Assembly (NCBI GenBank): GCA_040755995.1
Contig: JBFMAF010000008.1
Coordinates: 202,549 to 266,548 of the forward strand
Direction: 5' to 3'
DNA from: Acidobacteriota bacterium
GTDB lineage: Bacteria; Acidobacteriota; CAIWXX01
Length of the DNA stretch: 64,000 nt
Part shown: one piece after another, positions 20,498-31,438 of the stretch
Position numbering within the stretch: the first letter of the stretch is position 1
How the letters are laid out: every line of letters begins with the position of its first letter
Translations under genes and position numbers: made by a program
The notes under the pieces: model-generated
The model's database searches: none
Seen by the model: only the letters and a program-made list of their open reading frames with translations
Told to the model about the DNA's origin: nothing

Positions 20498-20647
20498 GCC
20501 CGGCGCACCGATAGCGAGGACTGTTCAGTATCGTGACATGCGAGAAAAGGAGAAGACGGCGGTTCTCGGGGCCTGCCGCGGCCGGCCGTTGGACGCCGGC
20601 CGCGCGGCTCCCGTGATTTCCGAGGATCGCCTGCTGATGCCAGGGAG

Positions 20648-23536
20648 ATGGAGGACATGATGAAGAAGCGCGTTGTTTTGGTGTTGTTGGCAGCGCTGGT
20701 GGCCTCACCTGCCGCCGCGCAGTATTACGGGAAGAACAAAGTTCAATATGATGTATTCCACTGGGACGTGTATCACTCGCCGCATTTCGACATCTACTTC
20801 TACCCCGAGGAGCGGATGCACCTGGAGCGCATGGCGAGCTTCGCAGAGTCGGGCTATCTCAAGGTAAGCAGCGATCTCAAGCACCAGATCCCCTTCGCGA
20901 TCCCGCTGATCTTCTACAAGACGCATTCGGAGTTCGAGCAGACTCACCTGTTTCCGGACTTCGTGCCGGAAGGGGTTCTGGCGTTTGCAGAATCGGTTCA
21001 GAACCGGATGGTGATGCCCATCGACCTCCCTGCCGACGAGCTGCAGAATCTCATCACCCATGAGCTCACGCACATTTTCGAGTATTCGATTCTCTACGGA
21101 GGGTTGAGCTCGCCGCTCGTCCAGCTGCGCTCGCCGCCCGACTGGGTGATGGAGGGGTTCGCCGATTTCGAGGTTGGCGAATGGGACCTCTCGTCCGAGA
21201 TGACCATCCGGGATATGACAATCACCGACAGACTCCCGACCATCGGCAAGGACGGGCAGTTCAAGGAAGAACAGTCCTCGGTGCGCGCGCCGTACGACAT
21301 TGGCCACGCGATCTTCGATTTCATGGAGAGTCGCTGGGGAATGGACGGGATACGCCAGTTCTGGTGGTCCCTGAAGAAGGGGTCGGTGATCGGCAAGAGC
21401 ACTTTGTTCGAAGATGCGCTGAAGACCAAGGCCAGCGATTTCGATCAGGATTTCAAGAAGTACATGCGGGATCGATTCAAGGACTACCGCGAGAAGGAGA
21501 TACCGGTTGACTACGGCAGGGACATCTCGCCGCAGGGGAAGCTCTTCTCGGTGTTCGCGATGGAGCTCTCGCCATCCGGCGATCTCATCGCCGCTCTGAC
21601 CGGCAACCGCGCCGACGCCGAGCTGGACCTGGTGTTGATCTCCGCGCGCGACGGCAGAATCATCAAGAACCTGACCAAGGGGTACACGACCCGCTACCAG
21701 GCGATTCACTACCAGTACGACCCCGCGAAGGGCGACGCCATCGCCTGGTCGCGAGACGGCGACAACATCGCCTTCCTTGCCCGCACCGGCAAACGGAGGT
21801 CGATATTCCTGATCAAGGTGACCACGGGCAAGATCGAGAGGAAGCTCCCATTGACCATCGACGAGGCCACTTCTCCCGTGTTCTACCCTGACGGCAGCGC
21901 CCTCCTCGTGTCAGGGCTGCAGGACGGGGTCGCGGATCTTTTCAAGATCTCTCTTGCCGACGGGTCCGTCACGAAGGTGACGGACAATCGGCTGGTGGAT
22001 CGAAATCCCACCATCTCGCCTGACGGTCGCTGGCTGGCGTTCACCGTGCGCGTCGGCAAGTATGACAAGCTCTTTGTTGCCCCTCTTGATTCACCGCACG
22101 CCGCCGAGCAGAAGACATGGGGCGACGGAAACGACGTCAACCCGACGTTTTCGCGGGATTCGACTCGCATCTACTACTCGTCCTCTGCGCCCGACGGGAT
22201 CTACAACATCTACACCCTCGACCTCGCCTCGGGCGTCCGGGAGCAGTGGACCGACGTCCTCGGAGGCAACTTCTTCCCGACACCGGTGCCCGGCGAAAAG
22301 GAGCGTGTTCTCTTCACTTCGTACTACCGCGGGGAGTTCGGCCTCTACTCGGTTGAATTGAAGAAGCCGATCTCCACGCTCGAACCGGAGGCCCCGCAGC
22401 AGCCGACGATTCCTGAGGAATTCAAACCGGCCGTGGCACATACTCTGCAGCCGGCGAGCCTCCACGAGCGAGACAAGTTCAAGCTGCTGGTGGCCGGACA
22501 GCTGCCTCTCAACATCGGCGTGGCCACCGACGGGACCTTCTTCGGCGGGACCGCCGTCTCCTTCACCGACATGCTCGGGGACCACAACTTCAGCCTCATC
22601 GCATACTACCTGCGCGAGTTCCGTTCGACCATCTTCACGTACACGAACCTGCGCCGGCGTCTGCAGTACCAGCTCCGAGGATTCGACTTGACCAATTTCT
22701 TCTACGCCAGCTCTCAGTATCTCGACCCCCGCAGTGCGGGCGCATACGAGAGTACCATCTCCGAGACCTATCGCGGCGGGAGAGCCGACCTGTACTACCC
22801 CCTGGATCTGTACCGCCGGCTGGAGGCCGGTGCGGGTTTCATGCGCTACAGCCGCGACCTGGTCAGCGGCTACATCTCCCCCAGCGGCGGTCTCTTCGAC
22901 ACCGATAGTGTGCAGCTGTTCGCGACTTTTTATGCACCCATCTACGCCGGATTCACGCAGGAGACAACCCGGTACAAGCAATACGGCCCGATCGATGGCA
23001 ACACGCTCCATGTGGAGTACGAGTACGCGCCGGGCAACGGCGACTCATTCACCGATCGGAGGACCGTCTACGTGGACGCCAGGAAGTACCTGCGGATCTC
23101 CACCGACACGCTCCTTGCCACGCGCTTCTTCGGCTTCCAGAGCGGCGGCAAGAACCCAGCCGTGTTCTACATGGGAGGCAACAACACGCTGCGCGGAGTC
23201 GAGTACGACAGGCTCATCGGCGACCGCGGCTTCTTCCTGAACGCCGAGCTCCGCTTCCCGTTCATCAACCTGCTCTCCTCTCCCATCGGCGTCATCGGGC
23301 CGCTCCGCGGCCTGCTGTTCTGGGACCTGGGCTACGCCCGGTTCAAGGGAGACAAGAAGAAGTTCTCGAGCTCGGACGGCGGATTCCACCTGGTGGACGG
23401 CGAGAGCTCCTTCGGCGGCGGCCTGCAGATCTTCCTGTTCGCCTACCCGTTCCACCTCGACTTCGTGAGGCGAACCGACTACCAGCAGGTCTTCTCCGGC
23501 ACGGATGTGCGCTTCTGGATCGGGTACGATTTTTAG
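20648..23536 (+). CDS. Omp85/BamA-TamA family protein with N-terminal zincin (peptidase MA-like) and PD40 beta-propeller domains
   Basis: Signal peptide, ITHELTH..WVMEG, PD40 repeats (SPSGD, WSRDG, SPDGR), barrel motif LRG.., and C-terminal FWIGYDF. Confidence 0.88.
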   Translation: MEDMMKKRVVLVLLAALVASPAAAQYYGKNKVQYDVFHWDVYHSPHFDIYFYPEERMHLERMASFAESGYLKVSSDLKHQIPFAIPLIFYKTHSEFEQTHLFPDFVPEGVLAFAESVQNRMVMPIDLPADELQNLITHELTHIFEYSILYGGLSSPLVQLRSPPDWVMEGFADFEVGEWDLSSEMTIRDMTITDRLPTIGKDGQFKEEQSSVRAPYDIGHAIFDFMESRWGMDGIRQFWWSLKKGSVIGKSTLFEDALKTKASDFDQDFKKYMRDRFKDYREKEIPVDYGRDISPQGKLFSVFAMELSPSGDLIAALTGNRADAELDLVLISARDGRIIKNLTKGYTTRYQAIHYQYDPAKGDAIAWSRDGDNIAFLARTGKRRSIFLIKVTTGKIERKLPLTIDEATSPVFYPDGSALLVSGLQDGVADLFKISLADGSVTKVTDNRLVDRNPTISPDGRWLAFTVRVGKYDKLFVAPLDSPHAAEQKTWGDGNDVNPTFSRDSTRIYYSSSAPDGIYNIYTLDLASGVREQWTDVLGGNFFPTPVPGEKERVLFTSYYRGEFGLYSVELKKPISTLEPEAPQQPTIPEEFKPAVAHTLQPASLHERDKFKLLVAGQLPLNIGVATDGTFFGGTAVSFTDMLGDHNFSLIAYYLREFRSTIFTYTNLRRRLQYQLRGFDLTNFFYASSQYLDPRSAGAYESTISETYRGGRADLYYPLDLYRRLEAGAGFMRYSRDLVSGYISPSGGLFDTDSVQLFATFYAPIYAGFTQETTRYKQYGPIDGNTLHVEYEYAPGNGDSFTDRRTVYVDARKYLRISTDTLLATRFFGFQSGGKNPAVFYMGGNNTLRGVEYDRLIGDRGFFLNAELRFPFINLLSSPIGVIGPLRGLLFWDLGYARFKGDKKKFSSSDGGFHLVDGESSFGGGLQIFLFAYPFHLDFVRRTDYQQVFSGTDVRFWIGYDF

Positions 23537-23715
23537 CGAGGCGCGGCCTCGGACCGAAATGCATTTCTCGCCGTGCCCGGGCCGTAGGCCGGTTCCCGTA
23601 CGCGTACCCGATCGGGAACGGGTACGGGAAGGGGTACGGGCACGGACCCAGGTTCGTACCGACGGCGCGTGGCTTCCGAAGGGCACGAATCGCACCGGCC
23701 CTCACGCGTAGCGTG

Positions 23716-25050
23716 ATGGAACGCTTCACCTGCGACTGGGCATTCAAGACGCTGGTCGTCCTCTGCGACGGGAAGGTGGTCTGCGGCTGCGCGGATCCCC
23801 GCGGAGAGCGCCCTGTCGGAGATCTCACGACCGACAGCGTGGCCGATGTCTGGAACGGGCCGGTTCTCTCCGAGGTCCGCGATGGTTTGCGGCGCGGGCA
23901 CGCGCCGTTCTGTCTCAACTGCGGCATTCGGCGGCCGCTGCTTCCCGATGAGCCCGTTCCCCAGATGGAGGCCCCTCCGATGCCGCAACGCGCCTTCATC
24001 GAACCCGCCGTGACCTGCAACATCTCCTGCTACCGGGCTCACTGCAGCCGCGAGGCGAAGCTGGCGCTCACGCGCCGCCAGTCCACGATGGACATGGCGA
24101 CCTTCACGGGAATCATGCAGCAGATGGGCGAGAGCCTGCACAGGCTGGAGCTGTTCAACTACGGCGAGACTTTCGTCAACGCCGGCGCTATCGACATGAT
24201 CCGGATGGTCAAGCAACGCTGGCCGCACGTGTACTTGTTCGTATCCACCAACGGGCTGCTCCTCGACGCCCCGGACAAGATAGCGGGGCTGGTGGAGTCC
24301 GGAGCGGACGAGATCACATTCTCGATCGACGGCTCCAGCCCCGCGGTCTACGAGAGGTACAGACGTGGTGGCGATTTCAACAGGGCCATCAAGAATATGG
24401 GAGCGCTCGTGGCAGCTCGGAACGCGGCCGGGCGCGAGTCGCCGATCGTGAACTGGCGATACATACTGTTCAACTGGAACGACAGCGACGAAGAGATGAA
24501 CGGGGCGCGGCGAATGGCAATGTGCCTCGGAGTAGATCGACTGTGCTGGGAGATCACGGACCACCCGCCGGGATGCGCAAGCACACGTTACGCGCCCGGC
24601 ACCTCGGACTACGATCGGATTCGCCATGAGATCTGGGGGGAGAGCGGCCTTGCGAACGCGCTGCCTGACCGCCGCATGATGGCCTATATCAGGCCGCCCT
24701 GGCGGCCTCTCCGCCTCGAAGCGGGCAGGCCCGTGACGCTCTGGATCAAGGTACGGAATGTCGGAACGCGCCCATGGCCGAATGTTACGCCGACCGGATC
24801 CCGGTTCGTGCGCCTCGGCGCACAGCTGCTGGATCATCAGCGAAGCCTTCTGGATCGTGACTTCGCACGGGCGTTCCTGCCGTCGGTTGTCAAGCCGGCG
24901 GAGACGGTGCCGATTCCTCTCACACTCACCCCGCCGCCCGCGCCAGGCCAGTATGTCCTCAAGTTCGACATGGTTTGCGAAGGAGTCGGTTGGTTTGAAG
25001 ATGGCGGCTCCGGGGTTCGCTTCAAGAACATGCGTGTGAAGTCACCTTGA
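23716..25050 (+). CDS. Radical SAM protein with N-terminal SPASM-like and C-terminal Ig-like domains
   Basis: CDW..LVVLCDGKVVCGC..VWNG..CLNC, then CNISCYRAHC, NYGE, STNG, SIDG; C-terminal VRNVG..PW...PGQYVLKFDMV.EG. Confidence 0.82.
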   Translation: MERFTCDWAFKTLVVLCDGKVVCGCADPRGERPVGDLTTDSVADVWNGPVLSEVRDGLRRGHAPFCLNCGIRRPLLPDEPVPQMEAPPMPQRAFIEPAVTCNISCYRAHCSREAKLALTRRQSTMDMATFTGIMQQMGESLHRLELFNYGETFVNAGAIDMIRMVKQRWPHVYLFVSTNGLLLDAPDKIAGLVESGADEITFSIDGSSPAVYERYRRGGDFNRAIKNMGALVAARNAAGRESPIVNWRYILFNWNDSDEEMNGARRMAMCLGVDRLCWEITDHPPGCASTRYAPGTSDYDRIRHEIWGESGLANALPDRRMMAYIRPPWRPLRLEAGRPVTLWIKVRNVGTRPWPNVTPTGSRFVRLGAQLLDHQRSLLDRDFARAFLPSVVKPAETVPIPLTLTPPPAPGQYVLKFDMVCEGVGWFEDGGSGVRFKNMRVKSP

Positions 25051-25117
25051 CCTTTGATATGATAGGCGGGTTGGTTCGAATGACCGGTGCCATAGAGAAA
25101 TAAGCAGGAGGAAGATC

Positions 25118-26575
25118 ATGCAGTCAGCCATCGAAGGGTTGAAACCGGAGCCCGTGTGGAGGTATTTTGCCGAAATATCGCGCATTCCCAGGGGGTCGAA
25201 GAACGAAGCGGCTGTCGCCCAGTACGTGATGGACACTGCCAAGCGCCTCGGCCTTGAAGCGAAGCAGGACGCTTCCGGAAACGTCCTGGTGAAGAAGCCC
25301 GCATCGCCGGGCCGCGAGAGCGTTCCATCGGTGGCGCTGCAGGGACACCTCGACATGGTCTGCGAGAAGAATGCAGACAAGGACCACGATTTCATGAAAG
25401 ATCCCATCGAGCTGGTCCGGAAGGACAGAGTGCTGATGGCCAACGGGACTACCCTCGGTGCCGACAACGGCACAGGCGTGGCCACCGCTCTCGCCATCAT
25501 GGAAGATCGGTCGCTGGTGCACGGGCCGTTGGAGTTCTTGTTTACCGTGGACGAAGAGACGGGTCTCACGGGCGCGGCGAACCTCGAGCCCGGTTTCCTG
25601 GACAGCCGCATACTCCTCAATCTCGACACCGAGGAAGAAGGCGCCCTCTACATCGGATGTTCGGGCGGTGTCGATACCCTGGGTACCTGGAAGGCCGACT
25701 ACAAGGACGCTCCCTCCGGCCATGTGACCGCGCAACTCAAGGTTGCGGGCCTGCGCGGCGGGCACTCCGGCCTCGACATCGACAAGGGGCGCGGGAACGC
25801 GATAAAGATCCTCACACGGGTTCTGCTGGCGCTCGATGCTCTCGGCGCCCGGATCGCCTCCGTCTCGGCCGGCAGCAAGCACAATGCCATCCCGCGCGAA
25901 GCCGACGCGGTCGTCCTCATTCCGAAGAAGATGATCGACGAGGCCACGAACACAGTGCAGCAGCTTGCCACGACACTCCGCGCTGAAGTGGCGACCGTCG
26001 ATCCCGACCTTGTCGTAAGCCTGGAGAAAGTGAAGGGCAAGCGCAAGGCGGCGGTGCTCAAGAAAGGCCTCCAGAGGAAGCTCCTGCAGACGCTTTCCGC
26101 GATGCCTCACGGTGTAGTGAAGATGAGCGCCGAGATCTCGGGGCTGGTCGAGACATCGACCAACCTGGCTGTCATCAACACGACGAAGAAATCGATATCG
26201 ATGGTGACGAGCCAGCGCAGCTCGGCAGCCTCGGAGATCCAGGAGATCGCGCAGACAGTGGCATCGGTGCTCGAGCTTGGCGGGGCCGAAATCGGCAGTA
26301 CGCACAGCTATCCAGGATGGAAGCCGAATCCCGATTCGGCTATTGTAAAGCTGTCGAGATCCACCTACGCGTCGATGTACGGAAGAGAGCCACTGGTCAA
26401 GGCCGTGCACGCGGGGCTGGAGTGCGGGCTCCTCGGCGAGAAGTATCCCGCGATGGACATGGTCTCGATCGGACCGACTCTGGAAGCCGTTCACTCGCCG
26501 GACGAGAAGATCTACATCGACACGGTCGAGAAGTTCTGGAACTTCCTCCTCGCGGTCCTGAGGAACGTCGGCTAG
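25118..26575 (+). CDS. pepD: Aminoacyl-histidine dipeptidase (M20)
   Basis: LQGHLDMVCEK, TLGADNG, TVDEETG, NLDTEE, GGHSG, HAGLECG and HSPDE. Confidence 0.95.
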   Translation: MQSAIEGLKPEPVWRYFAEISRIPRGSKNEAAVAQYVMDTAKRLGLEAKQDASGNVLVKKPASPGRESVPSVALQGHLDMVCEKNADKDHDFMKDPIELVRKDRVLMANGTTLGADNGTGVATALAIMEDRSLVHGPLEFLFTVDEETGLTGAANLEPGFLDSRILLNLDTEEEGALYIGCSGGVDTLGTWKADYKDAPSGHVTAQLKVAGLRGGHSGLDIDKGRGNAIKILTRVLLALDALGARIASVSAGSKHNAIPREADAVVLIPKKMIDEATNTVQQLATTLRAEVATVDPDLVVSLEKVKGKRKAAVLKKGLQRKLLQTLSAMPHGVVKMSAEISGLVETSTNLAVINTTKKSISMVTSQRSSAASEIQEIAQTVASVLELGGAEIGSTHSYPGWKPNPDSAIVKLSRSTYASMYGREPLVKAVHAGLECGLLGEKYPAMDMVSIGPTLEAVHSPDEKIYIDTVEKFWNFLLAVLRNVG

Positions 26576-26626
26576 GGAGGCCGGGCCTCGGACCGCCAGA
26601 GAAGGGGGATCGACCGAGGTGCCTGT

Positions 26627-26712
26627 GCCGCCCCTACGGGGCTCGCATCCGTCCGTCATCGTTCCAGGGGCTTGCGCCCCTGGCTACCTTCCGCCGCCCC
26701 TACGGGGCTCGC
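26627..26712. repeat. Composite REP-like element: two identical 20-bp hairpin repeats flanking a central hairpin
   Basis: GCCGCCCCTACGGGGCTCGC at 26627-26646 and 26693-26712; CCAGGGGC-TTGC-GCCCCTGG at 26664-26683. Confidence 0.75.
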
Positions 26713-26883
26713 GCGGAATGCGCGTACTCCGACTCCCCGCATGCGTGTGCGCACGCACGCGTCCACGCACGCGTCCGGTTTCTTGACAGCGCACAGACGC
26801 TATGCGAGTATTCAGTCTTTGTTTGAGGAGCGGTGACGGATCGTCACGCTCGGCATAGGAACCCATCGCAGGAGGGAATCGGA

Positions 26884-27930
26884 ATGGTCGGAATCGTAGG
26901 ATACGGCGCCTACATCCCGCGTAACAGGATCAAGGTGGAGGAAATCGCCAAGATCTGGGGGGCTGATGCCCCAAGCTACAAGCGCGGGCTGGGGCTCGAA
27001 GAGAAATCTGTGCCATCACCGGATCAGGACACCATCACGATGTCGGTGGAGGCTTCCAAGTACGCGCTCAAGAGGGCAAGGATCAATCCCCTTGACATCG
27101 GTGCTGTGTATGTCGGATCGGAGTCGCACCCATATGCGGTGAAGCCGTCGGGCACCGTGCTGGCCGAGGCCATCGGTGCGACCCCCGAGGTGCACACGGC
27201 GAGCTTCGAGTTCGCGTGCAAGGCCGGCACGGAGGCCATGTTTGTGTGCATCGGCCTGGTCGAGTCGGGGCGGATCAAGTACGGCCTGGCGGTCGGCGCG
27301 GACACCTCCCAGGGCGCTCCGGGCGACGCCCTCGAATACTCGACGGCGGCCGGCGCGGCTGCGTTCATCTTCGGCAGAGACAACGTGCTGGCCGAGATCA
27401 ACGAGACATACGCGTTCATGACCGACACGCCCGACTTCTGGCGCAGAGAATACGAGCACTACCCGCGCCACGCGGGGCGTTTCACGGGCGAGCCGGCCTA
27501 CTTCAAGCACGTCCTCGGTGCGGCCACCGGGATCATGAAGAAGAGCGGCATGACGCCCAAGGACTTCGACTACGTGATCTTCCACCAGCCGAACGGCAAG
27601 TTCCCGCTGAACGCAGCCAAGCAGCTGGGATTCCAGAAGGAGCAGGTCGAGACCGGGCGCCTGGTGCCCAAACTGGGCAACACCTACTCCGGGTCCTCCC
27701 CCATCGGACTGACCGCGGTTCTGGACGTCGCCAGGCCCGGGAACAAGATCCTGCTGGTTTCGTACGGATCGGGAGCCGGCAGCGACGGGTTCATCTTCAC
27801 AGTGACGGACAGGATTCTCGGTGTGCAGAACCTGGCTGTGAAAACCCGCGAGATGCTCGACAACAACAAGGTGTACATCGACTACGGTACGTACGCCAAG
27901 TACCGCGGGAAGATCCGCAAGGCGGAGTGA
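26884..27930 (+). CDS. Hydroxymethylglutaryl-CoA synthase, archaeal type
   Basis: [26 protein letters not shown], catalytic Cys in [24 protein letters not shown] and YAKYRGKI; ~348 aa as in archaeal enzymes. Confidence 0.93.
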   Translation: MVGIVGYGAYIPRNRIKVEEIAKIWGADAPSYKRGLGLEEKSVPSPDQDTITMSVEASKYALKRARINPLDIGAVYVGSESHPYAVKPSGTVLAEAIGATPEVHTASFEFACKAGTEAMFVCIGLVESGRIKYGLAVGADTSQGAPGDALEYSTAAGAAAFIFGRDNVLAEINETYAFMTDTPDFWRREYEHYPRHAGRFTGEPAYFKHVLGAATGIMKKSGMTPKDFDYVIFHQPNGKFPLNAAKQLGFQKEQVETGRLVPKLGNTYSGSSPIGLTAVLDVARPGNKILLVSYGSGAGSDGFIFTVTDRILGVQNLAVKTREMLDNNKVYIDYGTYAKYRGKIRKAE

Positions 27931-27947
27931 AGGACGGAGGAACAGGA

Positions 27948-29108
27948 ATGAGAGACGTAGCGGTAATCGGTGTAGGCCTTAACAAGAAATGGGGCGAGCT
28001 CTGGGAGATGCCCCTGCGGGATATCCTAGCCGAGGCGGCTCTGGCTGCAATCGACGATGCAGGCGTAGATCACATCGACTCGATGTACGTCGGCTGCATG
28101 TCCGGCGGGCTGTTCGTCGGGCAGGAGCACCTTGGCGCGATGATGGCCGACTACATCGGCATGACTCCCGTTCCGGCCACGCGCGTCGAATCGGCGTGCT
28201 GTTCGGGCGGCACGGCAGTGCGGCAGGGCTACCTGGATGTGGCATCGGGTGCGAGCGACATAGTGCTGGCGGCCGGTGTCGAGAAAATGACCGACGTGAG
28301 CGGCGACGAAGCCACATACGCGCTCTCGACAGCCTCCGACATGGAGTACGAGGCATACCAGGGCATAACGTTCCCCGGGCTGTACGCGCTGATCGCGCGC
28401 GCGCACATGCATCAGTTCGGGACTACGCGCGAGCAGCTCGCGCACGTAGCGGTGAAGAATCACAGGCACGCCGCGAAGAATCCAGTGGCGCAGTATCCAT
28501 TCGAGATCACAGTCCAGGGAGTCCTCGAGTCGACGCTCGTTGCCGACCCTTTGCACATCCTGGACTGCTCGCCCATAACTGACGGGGCCGCGGCCATCGT
28601 GCTGTGTTCGCTCGACATGGCCCGCAAGATCTGCAAGAAACCGCTGGTCAAGATCATCGGGTCAGGGCAGGCCACGAGCACCATCGCGCTGCACTCGCGC
28701 TCCGACATGACCTGGTTCGAGTCCACAGCGAAGGCGGCGGAGAAGGCGTTCAAGATGGCAGGCAAGGGGCCTCGAGACATCCATGTCGCGGAGGTCCACG
28801 ACTGCTTCACAATCGCCGAGATAGTCATCCTTGAGGCTCTGGGCTTCACCGAACGCGGCAAGGGTGGGACGGCGGCCGAAAGCGGCATGACCGCACTCGG
28901 CGGCAGGATCCCGGTGAACACGAGCGGCGGCTTGAAGGGCAAGGGCCACCCGGTCGGAGCCACCGGCGTAGCGCAGGTCGTCGAAATCACCCGGCAGCTC
29001 CGCGGCGAGTCCGGCGAGCGTCAGGTGAAGGGGGCGCGGGTCGGCCTGACCCAGAACATGGGCGGGACCGGCGCCAGCACGGTGGTCCACATTTTGGAAG
29101 CTCAGTGA
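27948..29108 (+). CDS. Acetyl-CoA acetyltransferase (archaeal/SCP2-type thiolase)
   Basis: [38 protein letters not shown] and QNMGG; GGAGG RBS before ATG 27948. Confidence 0.92.
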   Translation: MRDVAVIGVGLNKKWGELWEMPLRDILAEAALAAIDDAGVDHIDSMYVGCMSGGLFVGQEHLGAMMADYIGMTPVPATRVESACCSGGTAVRQGYLDVASGASDIVLAAGVEKMTDVSGDEATYALSTASDMEYEAYQGITFPGLYALIARAHMHQFGTTREQLAHVAVKNHRHAAKNPVAQYPFEITVQGVLESTLVADPLHILDCSPITDGAAAIVLCSLDMARKICKKPLVKIIGSGQATSTIALHSRSDMTWFESTAKAAEKAFKMAGKGPRDIHVAEVHDCFTIAEIVILEALGFTERGKGGTAAESGMTALGGRIPVNTSGGLKGKGHPVGATGVAQVVEITRQLRGESGERQVKGARVGLTQNMGGTGASTVVHILEAQ

Positions 29109-29141
29109 ACTCCGGATACCTGGCCCAGAGGAGGATATAGC

Positions 29142-29534
29142 ATGGCAAATCCGGCAAAATACTGGAGAGAAATACCACAGCGATTTCGTCTGGAAGCGGC
29201 GAAGTGTGCCTCGTGCGGCAAGATCTTCTTCCCCCCGAGACTCATATGCGACAAGTGCAAGTCGCGCCAGTTCGAGAAGGTCACGCTCAAAGACGAGGGC
29301 AAGGTCCTGACCTACACGATCATCCGAGTCGGGTCGAGCCAGTTCGCTGACCAGACCCCGTATGCCGTCGGGGTCATCGAGCTCGACGACGGCGTGAGGA
29401 TCACGAGCCAGATCGTAGACTGCGATTTCGAGAAACTGACAATCGGGCAGCGCGTGAGAATAGAGTTCCGCAAGATCCAGAAGGTGGGAGCCGCCGGCAT
29501 ACTCTGCTACGGCTACAAGTGCGTGCCCGCCTGA
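29142..29534 (+). CDS. DUF35 Zn-ribbon/OB-fold protein (thiolase-HMGCS scaffold family)
   Basis: CASCG..FFPPR..CDKC, GKVLTYTII and YGYK. Confidence 0.92.
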   Translation: MANPAKYWREIPQRFRLEAAKCASCGKIFFPPRLICDKCKSRQFEKVTLKDEGKVLTYTIIRVGSSQFADQTPYAVGVIELDDGVRITSQIVDCDFEKLTIGQRVRIEFRKIQKVGAAGILCYGYKCVPA

Positions 29535-29618
29535 TCGGGGAGCGCGCGCCAGAACACAGCTAATCGACATAGTCGGCTCCGACGGAGCCGGCACAATCCC
29601 GGCGAGACGCAGCTACTC

Positions 29619-31226
29619 ATGTATCGAATTGAATCGAAGATCGACACGAAGTCGCTCGAGTATCAGCAGAATTCGGAAGCGCTGAAGAATCAGGTCGCCG
29701 ACCTGAGGCAGAGGCTCGAGCAGGTACGCAAGGGAGGATCACGCAGCGCCGTCGAGAAGCACAAGGCGAGGGGTAAGCTGACGGCGCGCGAGCGCATCGA
29801 GCTGCTCTTCGACAAGGCGACGCCTTTTCTGGAGTTCAGCCCCCTGGCCGCCTACGGGCTTCACAAGAATGAAGTCCCGTCGGCCGGTGTCGTCACCGGA
29901 GTGGGTGTGGTCTGCGGAAAGGAAGTGCTGGTCGTCGCCAACGACGCAACGGTCAAGGGCGGGACCTACCTCCCCGAGACGATCAAGAAACACGTCCGCG
30001 CGCAGGAGATCGCTCTCGAGAACAGGCTGACTTGCGTCTACCTCGTGGATTCCGGCGGGATCTTCCTCCCCCTGCAGGTGGGCACCTTCCCGGACAAGGA
30101 ACACTTCGGACGCATCTTCTACAATCAGGCGCGGATGTCCGCATTGGGCATTCCGCAGATCTCGGTCGTGCTTGGCTCATGCACGGCGGGCGGCGCGTAC
30201 GTCCCTGCGATGAGCGACGAGACGATCATCGTCAGGCAGCAGGGCACGATCTTCATCGGCGGGCCGCCGCTCGTGAAGGCTGCCACCGGTGTGGATGTGT
30301 CGCCGGAGGAGCTCGGCGGCGCCGATGTCCATTGCCGCATCTCGGGAGTCTCCGATCATTACGCCCTCAACGACCGGCACGCAATCGAGATCACGCGGAA
30401 CATCGTTGAGAACCTGCCGGCACCCGCCAAGCATCCGCTCGATATCACCGAGCCCGAAGAGCCGTACTACGACCCGCAGGAGCTGTACGGGATCATCCCC
30501 CGCGACCTGCGCAGGCCGTTCGACATGCGCGAGGTCATCGCTCGAATCGTCGACGGCAGCAGATTCCATGAGTTCAAGGAGCTCTACGGACTGACGTTGG
30601 TGACCGGATTCGCGCGAATAATGGGACACCCGGTCGGCATCGTGGCCAACAACGGCGTGCTCTTCTCCGAAAGCTCGCTCAAGGGGGCTCATTTCGTCTC
30701 GATGTGCGCCGTTCGCAAGATCCCGCTCGTCTTCTTGCAGAACATCACCGGCTTCATCGTTGGAAAGCAATACGAGCACGGCGGCATCGCTCGCGACGGC
30801 GCCAAGATGGTTCACGCCGTCGCAAACGCCCAGGTTCCGCGATTCACGCTTATCATCGGCGGCTCCTATGGCGCGGGCAACTACGCCATGTGCGGCCGCG
30901 GCTACCTGCCGCGACTCCTCTGGATGTGGCCCAACGCCAAGATCTGCGTGATGGGCGGCGAACAGGCGGCCAGCGTCCTGTTGCAGGTGAAATTGGAAAA
31001 CCTCAAAGCAAAGGGCGAGACGATGAGCGAGGAGGACCAGGAGGCGTTCAAGGCTCCGACTCTGGCCAAGTACGAGGAGGAGGCCAGCGCCTACTTCAGC
31101 ACCGCACGACTCTGGGACGACGGCATCCTCGACCCGGTCGAGACGCGCAACGCGCTCGCACTCGGCATCTCCATGTCGCTCAACGCCCCGATCCCTAACC
31201 ACAACTTCGGCGTCTTCAGGATGTAG
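29619..31226 (+). CDS. liuB: 3-methylcrotonyl-CoA carboxylase beta (carboxyltransferase) subunit
   Basis: [48 protein letters not shown] and C-terminal FGVFRM. Confidence 0.9.
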   Translation: MYRIESKIDTKSLEYQQNSEALKNQVADLRQRLEQVRKGGSRSAVEKHKARGKLTARERIELLFDKATPFLEFSPLAAYGLHKNEVPSAGVVTGVGVVCGKEVLVVANDATVKGGTYLPETIKKHVRAQEIALENRLTCVYLVDSGGIFLPLQVGTFPDKEHFGRIFYNQARMSALGIPQISVVLGSCTAGGAYVPAMSDETIIVRQQGTIFIGGPPLVKAATGVDVSPEELGGADVHCRISGVSDHYALNDRHAIEITRNIVENLPAPAKHPLDITEPEEPYYDPQELYGIIPRDLRRPFDMREVIARIVDGSRFHEFKELYGLTLVTGFARIMGHPVGIVANNGVLFSESSLKGAHFVSMCAVRKIPLVFLQNITGFIVGKQYEHGGIARDGAKMVHAVANAQVPRFTLIIGGSYGAGNYAMCGRGYLPRLLWMWPNAKICVMGGEQAASVLLQVKLENLKAKGETMSEEDQEAFKAPTLAKYEEEASAYFSTARLWDDGILDPVETRNALALGISMSLNAPIPNHNFGVFRM

Positions 31227-31438
31227 ATGCTGCCGTGCAGCGCAACCTCAGCGTGCGTGACAATCCGGACTGCCGTTCGACCGGCCTCCGACGCGAGGAC
31301 ACGGAGACGCTGTGACGCGCAGACGCGGTGACCGGCCCGGTGAGCTCTTCGCGTCCCCACGCCTTCGCGCCCCGGCCTCATCGAGAAGCGCGTTGCAGGC
31401 GGGCCCGGGGCTAGACGCCGACCTGTCACCATGAGAAC

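Noticed and set aside
26627..26712. Possible mini-CRISPR (two identical 20-bp repeats)
   Set aside because: Only two short repeats, the spacer is itself a hairpin, and there are no cas genes.
27216..27947. Apparent 630-aa thiolase with a long N-terminal extension (similarly 48130, 3860 and 19610 starts)
   Set aside because: The extensions overlap the upstream genes in another frame; better starts with an RBS or translational coupling lie downstream.
26884..29534. PhlABC-type acyltransferase (DAPG biosynthesis) interpretation of the triad
   Set aside because: The HMGCS keeps its catalytic Cys and His motifs, no type III PKS is present, and the neighbours are HMG-CoA-linked liu genes.
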